A stretch of 64,000 bases of DNA. Origin: Neocallimastix sp. 'constans'. Its lineage: Eukaryota. A program made the position numbers and the translations under genes. Shown piece by piece: positions 46,941 through 61,301 of this stretch; position 1 is the stretch's first letter, and each line of letters begins with the position of its first letter. The stretch covers positions 62,001 to 126,000 of the forward strand of contig JBODTK010000140.1 of the NCBI GenBank assembly GCA_050613775.1, given 5' to 3'. A model generated the notes under the pieces. The model was not told the DNA's origin and did not search any database. It saw only the letters and a list, made by a program, of their open reading frames with translations.

Positions 46941-47182
46941 TGTTAAGGAGTCAATATAAGATATGATGTGTACACAACAAAATGTATTATTATTTAATTA
47001 AATTTAATTTATTATTTATTAATTTATATGATTTAAAAAAATATTTAAAAAGACTCAAAATATTAATTTCATAAAAAAATTTTCTTTTTATATTTTACAT
47101 ACAAATTATTACTTAATCAAATATTATAAATATTTATAATACTTTAATGTACAAAAGTTTAAATATTATGTTGAACTTTAAC

Positions 47183-47183
<1 letters not shown>
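46941..47183 (-). repeat. Putative 5' LTR of the copia element (243 bp)
   Basis: TGTTAA...TTAACA inverted ends directly next to the PBS and about 100 bp upstream of gag. The partner LTR is outside the window, so the outer end is unverified. Confidence 0.65.
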
Positions 47184-47215
<32 letters not shown>

Positions 47216-47239
47216 TAAATAATAGAAATTAGATTTTTC

Positions 47240-47282
<43 letters not shown>

Positions 47283-47761
47283 TTACCTTTTATCATTTTC
47301 CTATTATAGATATTTTTTTAATAAGAAAATCTGTAAGCATATTTTTCAGTGTTAATATTGTTCAATATCAAATAGTAATGTAAACACAGTTATCACAGAT
47401 ATGAATAATGTAAAATCAAGTACTGATTAGTATTGAGAGAGAAAATAAGAATATTATTTTTAGTGATTGTGAAAATAATCGTATCGTTACTAATAATGTA
47501 GTGAATAGTTCAATTGGTGAAAAATGGTATTAATTTATGTAATTTTCTGAATAATAAGTGTGTGAATATAATGTGATGTGGTATTGATTATATAACTTCC
47601 TTCTTGATGGATGAGATGAAGACATTATTGATTTAAATTATAAAAAGGAATGGGATATTTTGTTTAATAATCATATCATTTCTGGTGATTATTCTAAAAT
47701 GCTATTTTTGGTGTGATCTGCGGATCTCTTTACAGAAATTATGAATAGGGCTATTACTCGG

Positions 47762-48103
47762 TAAGGATTGCTATTCCGACGGTATAAACATAAACTTACC
47801 AGTAACATCAACGTCGAAAATGCAGTAAAACAGGCTAGCAGAACCAATGCCTCTGAAAGAGAAGACGATAATTTTTTTCAGATAGTCAGTTCAAACTCTA
47901 ATCCGAAAAAGGAATTTCTTTTAAAACATAAATTTTATAATCTTGAGGTGAGGTTCGTTTCATATGAACCTTTTTCTGAATTTATTTGTACGCTTTATTT
48001 TGAATATTATTTTTATTTCACATTACCATTTAAAATATTATTATGTTCAAATTGGACAAATAATATATATATTTTTTTTTTATTAAATGAGTGGTTTTTA
48101 ATA

Positions 48104-48140
<37 letters not shown>

Positions 48141-48715
48141 TTATAATTAAAAAATGAATAAATAAATAAAGTTTAAAGTTCGCAATAATTGCGGCTGTAA
48201 AAAATAATAATAATAATAATATATTTATATGTATATTCCATTTTAATTTTAATTTTGACTTTGTGAATATGTTTTAATTTATTATTTAATTATTTATTGT
48301 ATTTGAAATTATTGTTTTACTAACTCATCCATTAACATAGATATTCCTATTATTATTATCAAATTTCTTTCTAAATTATAATAAATCTTTTTATTCATTA
48401 TACTATTTTTTATAATATATTCAATTTCATTCTATAATTATTGTGATAAAAGATTGCTTATTTTTTTTTAATAACCGTTATAATTTGACTCTTTCTAATT
48501 AAAATTGTATATCCAAATAGCTGATTGTCTATTAATTATATTTCCTCCTGCATCAGTATAAGTATGAATAAAACTAGATCCATTATATGTAATAAAAGAA
48601 AAAAATTTCTTTTAGAGATAAAGTTACCTCAATCGATGAATATGGAATTACCACATCACATTTTCTTGAAATTTTCAAATATCAAAGGAAATATCAAGTC
48701 TGTAGGTTGATTTTC

Positions 48716-48746
<31 letters not shown>

Positions 48747-49454
48747 AAAATAAAAATAAAAATAAATTAATAAATAAATAAATAAATAAATTTTAATATG
48801 GTTTAAATTTATTTCATATTAAAATAATAATTATTTCATTTGAAATTTTTCCATTTTTTGTATATTTATATGTGAGTTAATAGTGTAAATTAGATTTACC
48901 CCCATTTCATTGAACAATTCCCAATAATCTTTAATTTTTTTTTAATCTTTAATCAATATAACATGTTTTGGCATAAATTATAGTAGTAGCATTAAATCGT
49001 TTAGATAGTCTATTATTTTTAAGACTTGTAAAGGAAATAAATTTTTTTTTTTTTTTTTTTACAGCTGCAATTATTGCGAACTATATACTTTATTTATTTA
49101 TCCATTTATTCATTTTTATATAAAAAATATTCAATTGATAAAAAAATAAATTTATCTGTTCAATTAGAACATAATCATATTTAAAATGGTAATGTGAAAT
49201 AAAAGTAATATTCAAAATAAAGTGTATAAATAAATTCAGAAAAAAGTTAATATGAAACGAACTTCACCTCAAGATTGTAATATTTATGTTTTGAAAGAAA
49301 TTCCTATTTCGAATTAGAGTTTGAACTGACTATTTGAAAAAAATTATCGTCTTCTCCTTCAGAGGCATTGGTCTTGCTATCCCGTCTTACTGCATTTTCA
49401 ACGTTGATGTTCCTGGTTAGTTTGTGTTTGTACCATCGGAATAGCAATCCTTAT
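47762..49454. repeat. Diverged inverted repeat with arms of about 400-440 bp (47762-48204 and 49055-49454) and a spacer of about 850 bp
   Basis: TAAGGATTGCTATTCCGA...TTCGCAATAATTGCGGCTGT aligns with the reverse complement of the right arm, with scattered mismatches. Confidence 0.85.
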
Positions 49455-52400
49455 CGTTTAAAAATATATATATATATATAAATTAATAAAAATAATAATT
49501 AAGTACTTTAGGAAAACATAAAAAAGATTTTTTTTTGAGCATTTTATGTAATAAATTAATAATAAATAATATATAATAAATAATAAATAAATAAATAATA
49601 TAAACTGTAGCAATAATTATAGAAACATCAATAATAATATTTTTATAATAATAATGAAAATAATAATTGTTATTAAATATAAAAATAAATATAAATAAAT
49701 TAAAATTATAATATAAAAATTTTTATACTAATACATTTTATATATCAGTTACACTAAAAATATGGAATAATTTAAAATAAGAATTAAAAAAATAAGATTT
49801 GGATTAAATTAATCTTTCATTTAAAATATATATAATTAAAAATATATATTATTAAAATTAATCATTAAAATAATAAAAAAAAAAAAAAAGATTTATATAT
49901 TTATTATCAAAATATTTCGAACTTCCTTTTATTAACCCTGAATATATATTATATATATGATATTTATAGTAAAATAAAAAGTGAATGCCAAGAATATAAT
50001 TATGTTCAATTATTTGGAATTTTTAGAATATTTTAAAAAAAACCTATTTAATTAGCTATGAAATTAAAAATTGAAATAATTATGATAATATTGAACATAT
50101 CATAAATAATGCTTCAAAATCTTTTAATAAATACTTAAAAAAATTATTTGAAAAAAAAAAAAAAGAAAAGAAAAAAAAAAAACGTTTTTTCAATTATTAT
50201 TAGAATCGCAAGAAGAAGAATCCAAATATTGTATTGACTACGAAAGGAGAACTGCTTGAATTCCAAAAAAAAAAAAAAAAAAAAAAAAATAATATGGACT
50301 GAGGAAATTAAAGCTTTGATTAAATATTACAAAATTATGGAAATTATATTATGTTAAAAATGATTTCATTAAATTATGATTGAAATGCCTAAATGATTTA
50401 AATATTAAAATTATTAAGAAATGACAGAAAATTGACTAAATAAATTTTGTCGTACATAATTATAATTTATTAAGTGTTAAAATTATTTTAAAAGAGAATA
50501 AATAAATACAATTAAAGTATTTTTAATCTTTATTGGAATAGGTTAGCTTAAGAATATTAAAATACAAATTTATAATTTAATAATAGTATTTTAAAAATAC
50601 ATATTTATAATTAGAATAAAAATATTGTTACAGTAATATTATTTTTTACAAAATAAAAAATATACTGATATATTTAAAAATTATTTTAATATTTTTTTTA
50701 AAAAAAAATTAAAATATATCTTTATAGTTAAATTTATTTTTATAATTAAATATTATAAATAATTATTTATAATTATTATATTTCTATTTTACCATATACT
50801 AAATATATATTATAAAAAAAATAATATTAAAATAATAATATTGATTAATAAATAAATATTATAAAAAGTTTTAAAAAAACATTTCATTCATTTATTCAGG
50901 AGTGAGGCATTTCGCTATGTGGTGTATTATTATAATATTACATTTCACCAGGTTGCATTCAACAATTGAAGATTATTATGAATAAATAAATAAATAAATA
51001 AATTAAAAGAGACTAGATTCAATTAAAATATTATTAATATTGATGTTATTTATTTTCTTAAAGTAAATATTTAAATATTAAAAAAAATAATAAATAATAA
51101 TAAAATAATATTGATTATTAAATAAATATTATAAATATATTTTTTATAATTAAATATTAAAAATAACAGGGACAGTTGCATTTATTTATTCATATCAATA
51201 CGACACTTGGCGAAATGCAACTCTCCCTAAAATAAAATCATGGAGGATAGTGCATTTAGCAATTGTGCATTTCGCAATGTAGCGTATTTTCGTTTGTAGC
51301 ATGCTTTTTTTAATAATTAAATAAATAATAAAAATAATTTTTTACAATTCTTTTTTAATAGAATATATTATAATTTCTTTTGAAATAGTTATTTTATAAT
51401 ATTTAATTGTAAAAATATATTATTATTTCTTTTGAATATCTAAAAATGTATGGCTTTATTTTAAAACATTTATAAGTTACATTGTTAAATTATTACCTAA
51501 CCTTAACCCTAATATATACTTACTTGTAACCCTAACCACTATATTTAAAAACCTCTTAGTTATATAATCGGTAACATACCATATATAATATTTATACACA
51601 TATTATTCAGAAAATTACCAATATATTAACACAATGATGGCTATTTGACCTATTCACTATATAATTAGTAATGATACTACTATTATTTTCACCATCACTA
51701 ACATTCATATTCCAATTTTTCTCTATCAATACTATTACTGTTTTTAACAATATTATTTCAATTATTGCTATTATTATTATATACTTCGTTATTACTATTA
51801 GAATCCATACTTGATTTTATATTATTCATATCTGTGATAACAGTGTTTACATTATTATTTGATATTGGTCAATATTTGGAAATTATAAAAAATTTTTTTC
51901 ATAAAGAATTTCAATATCCTTAAAATATTCCATTTGAAATTCACAAAAAAGATAACATTTGGAAAAACCAATGTTCCAATCAAGGATTACTATTTTCTCT
52001 ATAATAACAAGGACATCGTTCTGGAACAGTTATCTTTAATCATATTGGCGGCTTTGGCAACACGAACATCGAATTCATATTCAATTCTGGCACGAAGTAC
52101 CCATCGGAAACCAATGCTATATTCAGGATACTTAAACTTGAGTTTTAAGAAGTCTCTAGATTTCTCAAATTCATTTTTCTCATAAGTTTTAGCCTTGATT
52201 GGTTTTCCTGCCATATCTCTATCCCAATAAAAGCTTATAATTTCTTTTTTTTTGATGGAAAATTTTTTAATTTGTCTAATAACATTTTATTGCCTTTATC
52301 CCAATCTTGACATTTATAATGTGATATATCTCTATGTAAATGAAAAGTAGTTAATTAAACCACTTTTTTTTTTTTTTAACAAAAAAACATAAATTTTAAT

Positions 52401-52610
52401 ATTACTAAATTCATTACTATAATCATATTAATCATATTTGAAAAAAAATTTTATTTTATAACCATATTAATTATTTAATCGGTCAAAATAAAACAAACAA
52501 ACAAAAAAAAAAAAAACAATAAAAACAATAAATAAAACAAAAAAATAAAATGAATTACTTCATATTTTTTTTTTAATAATTTTAATAAATACTTATAGAT
52601 GATAATCAAA

Positions 52611-52641
<31 letters not shown>

Positions 52642-53513
52642 ACATCCGGTTGTTTTAAATAAAAATACATAAACACACTTAAAAAAGTACAATTCGAGTC
52701 CCCGACCACTGCAGTAACCTGTATTGTCCTGACCGACTGGATCAAAATAGTCTGTTTGTTTAGATAAATACTGTGAATACAATAATACTATTCCAAAAAA
52801 AAAAAAGATAATAATATTAATAAAAAAAAAATAAAAATAAAAATAAATTAAAATTAAAATAAAATAAATAATTATGTATTATGTTTTTCTATAGTGAATT
52901 TACTAAAAAAAAAAAAAAAAAAAATTGTATTAATTATGTTATTAAAACCATTTCATATAGAGTTCAAACAAATTTCTGATTCATAATTCTATAATATTAG
53001 TAAAGCACTTACTACTCAAGTTGAAACCTTTTAAAACAAAATTATTAGTTTTATATGAAAAAGAAAAAATTAAAAAAAAAAAAAAAAAAAAGTTAAAATG
53101 GTTTAATTTTACCTTTTATTTTAAAATAATAATATTTTATTTGAAAAATTTCCCTTTATTATATAATTATTTGTGATGTTATATTGTATTTGTATATTAG
53201 AAATTAATTTTTCCCATTTAATTGAATAATTCTCAATAATCTTTATTATTTTTTTCAAACATGCATAAATATAATGGTGCTTTGGAATAATCTATAGTAG
53301 TAGCATTAAATCTTTTAGATAGTAAATTAATTTTAGGACTTGTAAGATAATGAAAAGTTTTTAATAAAACCACTTTTTTTTTTTTGTAACAAAAAAAATA
53401 CAAAATTTCTTATAGTTATAATCTGTAATCACATTTAAAAATTATTTATTTTACAGTCATATTAATTATTTAATCGGACAAAAAAAAATGTAAATAAATA
53501 AAAAATTAAAAAA

Positions 53514-53553
53514 TGTGTGGAAAAATATATTTTAAAATATATTTTTCCACACA
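53514..53553. repeat. Perfect 40-bp palindrome
   Basis: TGTGTGGAAAAATATATTTT followed directly by AAAATATATTTTTCCACACA. Confidence 0.9.
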
Positions 53554-53873
53554 ATTTCTGAAATTTGATATCTTTAGGTTTTAATTAGAATGAATAATGA
53601 TTTTCATGATTAAAAAAATTAAAATTAAATATTTATCTTTGTTTTTTTTTTTTTTTTTTAAATCTTAAAGGAAAAGCTAAGAAAATTTAATATTTTCAAA
53701 ATGTACATTCAAACGTCAAATTTAATTTATTGTATCTAATTTTTTGTTACTCATTACTATATAGTTTTTTTTTTTTTTTATAATAATATATGTAAATTTT
53801 TTAACTATATACAAAATAAATTATTATTTTTCTTTTGGTAATAAATATTTTTATTTTTGTTTGTTAAAAATTA

Positions 53874-53923
<50 letters not shown>

Positions 53924-54039
53924 GGTATTGCATCTTTTTCTTCTACTCATAATATTATTGTTATGGATTATTTTATTGACATTGTTAGAATTATTTCTTA
54001 AAAGTGACTATTGTGTTATTAAGAAAAAAGATAAAATCT

Positions 54040-54123
<84 letters not shown>

Positions 54124-55403
54124 TGCTTAAAATTAATTTCTTTAAAAAAAAAAAAAATACATTATTTTAAAGAATTATATAAATTATTACTCAGACATAA
54201 TATTGCACAATAATAAGTTATATCATACATTTCATTGTTATTGTCATACTTTTTAAAAAAAAAAAATTAAAAAAAAAAAAAAAAACATATTTGAATTAAT
54301 ATAATAAAATAAATTAATAAACGAAAATAAAATAAAAAAAAAAAAAAAAGAAAGCTTTATATTCATAATATTTTAAATATAATCTTATAATTTATAAAAA
54401 TATAATTAAGCGAAAGATAAAAATAAATTTTAAAAAAAAAATTTTTTTGATAAAAATTAAAATAAAAAAAAAGCTTATATTTAAAATCCGCATATATGGA
54501 AAATTCTCTTTTCTTAATATATATTTAAAAGTATATAAAAAGATATAAATTTATTAATTATAATATATACTTTAATTAAAATAGTACATTCTCTATTCTA
54601 TGCTATTTATTATTTCAAAGTTTATATTATATATTAAATTTATATTTTATATTATAGTATATAATAATATATTAATTTTTTTTTTTAATTAATTATACCA
54701 TATTTTTTTTAATAATCAAATAAATTTTAAATATTAAATTATTTTTAATAGAAATTTATCAGGAAAAAAAAAAATATTCAATAAAGATGATTATGAAAGA
54801 ATATATTATAAATAATAAACAGCATAATAATCTAATATTTAATATTTATGTTATTTTATTTGACTATATTATATATTTAAAGAGGAAAATATTTATAAAA
54901 ATAACAAATAAATAATGAAAGAAAAATAAAATAACATACAATAAAATTAAAATAAAAAAAAATATATAATATATATAATACATATATAATACAATAAAAT
55001 CAAATAAAATGTAATATATATATATATATTTTTTTAAAAAAAGGATATTAAATTCATATTTTTTTTTATTAAAATTAATATTAAAATCAGAAATATCTAT
55101 ATATATTTTGGCAATAATAAAAATTATTATATATCTATTTATTTATTTATTTTTTTAAAAAAGATAAAATATTATATTAATTAAAATAATAATAATAATA
55201 ATAAAAACAAAGTTATTACGGTTATTACGATGATGAAAATAACCATAAAAATTGAATAGAAATTCTATTTAATGATTGTTGTTTTTATAAAAATTTTTAA
55301 TTAAAAAATAAAATTAAATAGAATAAAAAGAAAATATTAAGAAATGAAATAAAAACATTTATTAAAAAAGAATAATTCTATTTTAAAGCTAAATATTCAT
55401 AAA

Positions 55404-55442
<39 letters not shown>

Positions 55443-56944
55443 GACAATTAATAAATTTTATGATATTGTAAATATAATTATAATAACTATTTTTTTTTTT
55501 TTTTTTTTTTAATTTTTTAATTTTTTTTCTTGCTTTTCTTGCTTTTTCTTGCTTTTTCTTGCTTTTTTTTTTTTTTTTATTTTTTTGTTAAGAAAATGAA
55601 AGAATTTTATGTGTTATGAATATTTAATAAAATTAAAAATAAATAAAAATTTATTAAAATAAATATTAATGGACTCATAACATAAATACAAAAATATATT
55701 GAATACATATAAATATATTAAATTGTGCGTTTTACAAAAAGAAAAAAAAAGTAGCTTTTATTAAAGAAAATAAATAATTACCTTATTATAAAAATGAAAA
55801 ATTATTAATTAAATATTTATTTTTAACAGAATTAAAATTATGATATAGGAATATCTATTAAAAATTAATTAACATAAAAAAATATATTTATTGGAAAAAA
55901 TGATATTATATTATTATATCATATGTTTATATTACATGAATTAAATATTTAATTAATGCGATTGAAATATAGTAATTTAACATAATAGCATGAAATAATT
56001 AATATAAATTAAATAAATAATTATTTATGTAAATAAATTAAAAGGAAAGATTAATATAATTTAATATAAATATATATATATATATATATTTTTTAAAAAT
56101 ATATATAATAAATTATATTTATATATTTTGAATTTTCAAAATTTAAATTCTATGAAAAGGATGAGTAAGTTTATAATGAATATATTCAAAGAAAAAAACT
56201 TAATAGTTTGTAGTAAATAATTATAAATTATATATTTATTATAGATTATTTAAGAAATACCTATTTTTAAAAAAATAATAAAATATATCAAATAAAGTTA
56301 ATTATTTTAGTTTAAAATTTTTATTATAAAATGAATTAGAATATTTATTATTTTTAAATTTATTTTTCGTATCATTTTCCCTTTTACATAATTTTAATAA
56401 AAAATTATTATTTTTATATTCCAATACAACAAATAAAATTATTAGAATGAAATATTAATTAAGATTTTGAATTAAAATTGTTAATAAATAATTATGTTAT
56501 TTTAATTTTATAATATTTCATTCATGTTTGTATTAAATACATATTATGATCAAATCAATTAATAATAATAATAACAATACATTATAAATAAGAAAGATTA
56601 AGGTTAAATTTATTTATTTATTTATTTATTTTATGTTTTTTTTATTTTATTATACATATGTATATATATATATTTGATATATTTAGTTAATCGAATATTA
56701 TATTTATTTATTAAGTTTAATAAGATTAATAATATTTCAATAATTGTTCTATTCTATAATAATTAGTAACTATTGTATAGTTGTATATTTTAATAAAATA
56801 AAAAAAACCCATAAATTTTATGATTATAACCATAAAAAATGTTTAAATATCCATTAAAAAGTTAAAAGAATAATAAAACTATCAAAACATACATTTAAAG
56901 GAAAAAATATTATTATTTATATTTGTTAAATAAAATTTCAGCCA

Positions 56945-56982
<38 letters not shown>

Positions 56983-59465
56983 ATGCCATGGAATTATCAT
57001 GAAGGTAATATGTCATTTTAATTTTAAATGATACATAATTTATTATATTAATTTGAATTATTGTAATTATAATTAGATTGATTGTTAGGAATATAATATT
57101 AATTTAAATAAATATATAATATGAATATATTGTAATATATTACTATATATAAATTTTTTAATAGTGATTAAAGTTTTTTTATAAATATTATTTAAAAGTT
57201 TATGAAATAATCTTTTCATGACAAGAGATTTTTAAAATATTTTAATTTTTAATATATATATAATTAATATATATAAAATTAACAGCGCAGATATATGTGC
57301 AACCGGAATATAATACTTTACCATAAATCTTCATAGATTTTTTATATAATTTAAGATCATGATTAAAAAGCATTTTTATGTTAATTTATGATATAATATC
57401 ATTTTTTTTTTATAATAAATGAAAATTTAATTTTTTATTTGTTTATTAAATTAAAATTTTTAAAATAAATGTACTGTTGTATTGTTATTAGATCATTCGT
57501 CCAATTTTAATATACACAAAATATTAAAAAAAAAAATTTTTTAAAAAACTATGATATATTTTATATTTATTAGGGAAATTATTTTTGGTAATACCACACA
57601 TATGGTAATACCACACAGATATCACACATGTAATCTTTGTAATCTTTGAATTATTGTTTAAAGATTTGTATTAAATAATAAAAATATTTTATTAAAGGAA
57701 TCAACTATTATTTTTTTTTAGGATAATTTATATATATATATTTATATATATATATTATTAAAAGAATTATTATTTTATTAAAGGAATTATTAATTATTTT
57801 TTTTATTGATAATTATTGTATATATCTTCTAATACTATTTCATATTAAACGTAAATTTAAACATCCTTTATTATTTTATTTTTATTATTTTACTTATTTA
57901 TTCAATTTTTATTTATTTATTTCTTTAATTTTTATTATTCTATTTATTTATTTATTTATTTAATTATTATTATTTTATTTATTTATTTAATTCTAGCTTT
58001 AATTAGAAGTTATTGTACATTCAAATGTAGTCTTTTTTGGAATAATATTTATAACAAAATTATTTGATTTATGATATATTATTATAAATTAAATTTTTTA
58101 TTTTTTTTTTATTTTTTTAAATTCTCCAAAAGGAATAAAAAAAATTTTTTTTAATAATTATAGATTTATATACATTGTCCTTTTTTTATGTTTTAATATT
58201 ATTAATAAAAATGCTTCGCATTTTTTTTTCTATATTATTTCATCAATTATTTATCATAGATCATCGTTTTTTTAATATTTTTGAATTAATAAATAATTTT
58301 AAGGAAACAATAATCTTTTCTTAATATATATATTATATTTATTATTTTTTTTAAATAGTTTTACATAATCCTTCTCATTTTTTAAATAATTTAATTATTT
58401 ATAATGGATCTTTAAAATAAAAAATATAGATATTATAAAGGAATTCAATTTAAAAACATCTTTTTTCTATTTACTTCTTTCTTATTGTATTTATTTATTT
58501 ATCAAATAAATATAAAATGTAAAAAAAAAGTTACTGCTTTATATAATTATTTTTTTTTATAAAAAACAAAAATTTTAATTGTAATTATTAAAGTATAAAA
58601 ATTTTATAAAAATAAACTTTTATTTAAACATCTTTATAAGATTTAATAATATGTATATATATATATATAATTATTTTATTTATTTAATCAAGACTATGAT
58701 ATAACTATTTAACTATTTGATATGAAAAATTTTTACTATCAAAAAAATTAATTTATGAATAAAAAAAATAAAAAACATTTTTTTATTGAATTATATAATT
58801 ACTATTAATGAAAATAATATATATTGATAAATATAAATTGATATATTAATAAAACTAAAAAAGTTTTGCTATAATTTTTTTTTATTTTTTTTAAAAAAAG
58901 GAAAATAATTATTAATTAATACTACACAATATGATATACAATATTAAGAAAAAATTTAAAATAGAATTAAGGATTATTCTTCTCTGAATCTAATTAATAT
59001 TATTTGAAGTCATTCATACATAAATTTATTTACGAAGAAATACAGGATCAATACACATCTAAAAAAAGAATATTTAATTCATTATATAGTATTAATACAT
59101 GTTGTAATACATGCTTTAATATATAATATTTTAATTTTATTTTAATATTTATCTTTTAAATATAAATATATAATTTATTTAAAAAAATATATTCTTTTAT
59201 AAAATATTTTAACTAAATGCTTCTTTTTTTTTTTATAGTAGATTAAAAGGTATAATACTATTTTAATAAAATTTTTGTGTGGTTTAATCATGATTAAGTT
59301 TTATGAATAATTAATTATTAGATATTATTATTATTATTATTTTCTATTAACTAAATAAATATATATATATATTTAAAAACCTTTTCTCTCAAAAAATTTA
59401 ATTATTTTAAATATGAATAGAATTAAATTTTAAAATCTGTATATAATTTATATTATATAGCAAAC

Positions 59466-59592
59466 AAATATAAATATAAATATAAATATAAATATAAATA
59501 TAAATATAAATATAAATATAAATATAAATATAAATATAAATATAAATATAAATATAAATATAAATATAAATATAAATATAAATATAAATATA
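59466..59592. repeat. (AAATAT)n microsatellite
   Basis: About 21 consecutive hexamer units. Confidence 0.95.
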
Positions 59593-60807
59593 TATTTTTT
59601 ATTAAAGATTATGAATGATTAATTTAAACTTTATTTTTAAATATTTTCTAATACGAAAATAAATATATAAAGTATATTATATATTTTTAATGTATTGATA
59701 TATAACATTACTATGCTTTAGAATATATTATATTAATTGATAATCTTTGAAAATAATAAAATAGAATGTAAAGAAACTATTAATATTTATGAATAAACAA
59801 TATAGATAAAAATATATATATATATATTTTTTTTAGATTATACTTTATTTAAATATATACAAATCTATATTAATTAAATATATTATTTATATATAATTTT
59901 TATTTAAAATTATATAATACGGAATATGTTATAATAAACTATTATATAATTATTATATATTACAGTATAATTGTTTTTATGGAATGATTATTTTCGTTTT
60001 AATTTTAAATTTAATATATCGTTAGTATTATTAAGTTTATTTTAGTTAATTTATTTTATTAACAATATTATTAAATCAAAATAATCTTTTTATACAATAT
60101 TTAACATATAATATTTTTAATTTTGAATATAATAACTTAAAAATATAAAATTTGTAAATTTTTTTTAATTCCATTTCTTTCTAAACCTTAATATATAATA
60201 AATTTAAATTTTTATATAAAATATATTAAAATTTTAATATATTTTTAAAATTATTGATAAATATAAATATGAATGATTTTACTGCACTTTTATTTTTATT
60301 TTTATTATTTTTTTTTGTAATATGAAAGATATCTTTTTAAGAATATTTTTAATAAAAAGTTTTTTATTACTTTGTTTGATTAAATTTTGATACACTAATG
60401 TTTAATGATAAGAGAATGCTTGTATTTTTTAATTCAACATTCTTTAAGAAATTAATTAAATAAAACTGTATAACATAATATTTATTATTAGTTAAATATA
60501 GAAAAGTTTTAACATTTTCAAAAGTTAAAAAATTTAACAAATTAGTGTTTAAAATATATATATGTTTTTTTGTGATATAAATAAAAAAACAAAATATAGT
60601 ATAGATTATTTTATGAAATTAAAATAGAGGTAATTATTATTAAGAACTTTAATAAAAAAAATAACAACAAAAATAATATATAAAGATATAATATGGTGTA
60701 ACATTAGAGTTTAGTATTAAGTAAATTTAATTTTAAATAATAAAAATAATAAATGGATGAGTAAAACCTTCTTTATATATATATATATAAATTATTGGAA
60801 TATAAAA

Positions 60808-60853
<46 letters not shown>

Positions 60854-61301
60854 TATTTATTTATTATATTTTTATTTTTTATTTTTATTACTATTATTTT
60901 CATTATTATTATATTTTAATATATGTATTTTCATTATCTAGACATTGTAAGAAGAAGAAAAATCCGAATCAATTCGAATATAAAAATACCAGAAAGGAAC
61001 TGCTTTTTTTTTCTTTTTTCTTTTTTCTTTCTTTCTTTTTTTTTTTTTAATATATCTAGGTCATAATAATATACTATGAATAATATATAATATAAGAAAA
61101 TTTTTAGAAAAAAAATTTTAATTATATATATATATTTTAATTAATATTAAGTATTAAAAAAAAAAAAAAAAAAAAAAATAAAAAAATAATTGTATATTAA
61201 AAAAAAATATAAAATAAATAATAAAGAGGTTAAATATAATATTATTAAATAAATAAAATAATTAAGTTCAATAATAGTAGTTATTTAGAATATATATAGA
61301 A

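Larger units (their letters stand above)
1..47183 (-). mobile_element. Ty1/copia LTR retrotransposon, outermost host of the nest; present as pieces 44984-47183, 6013-6053 and 1-1884; 3' end lies outside the window
   Basis: Domain order gag-PR-INT-RT. The integrase sequence ...FLDDFSRKIWVYL / YLIKNKSDVPNIF / FIKFHKF...FKSDNGTEY rejoins in frame once the insertions and one copy of TSDs GGTAG and TAAAT are removed. Confidence 0.95.

Noticed and set aside
54004..54213. 69-aa poly-Phe ORF
   Set aside because: It is the translation of a poly-T tract.
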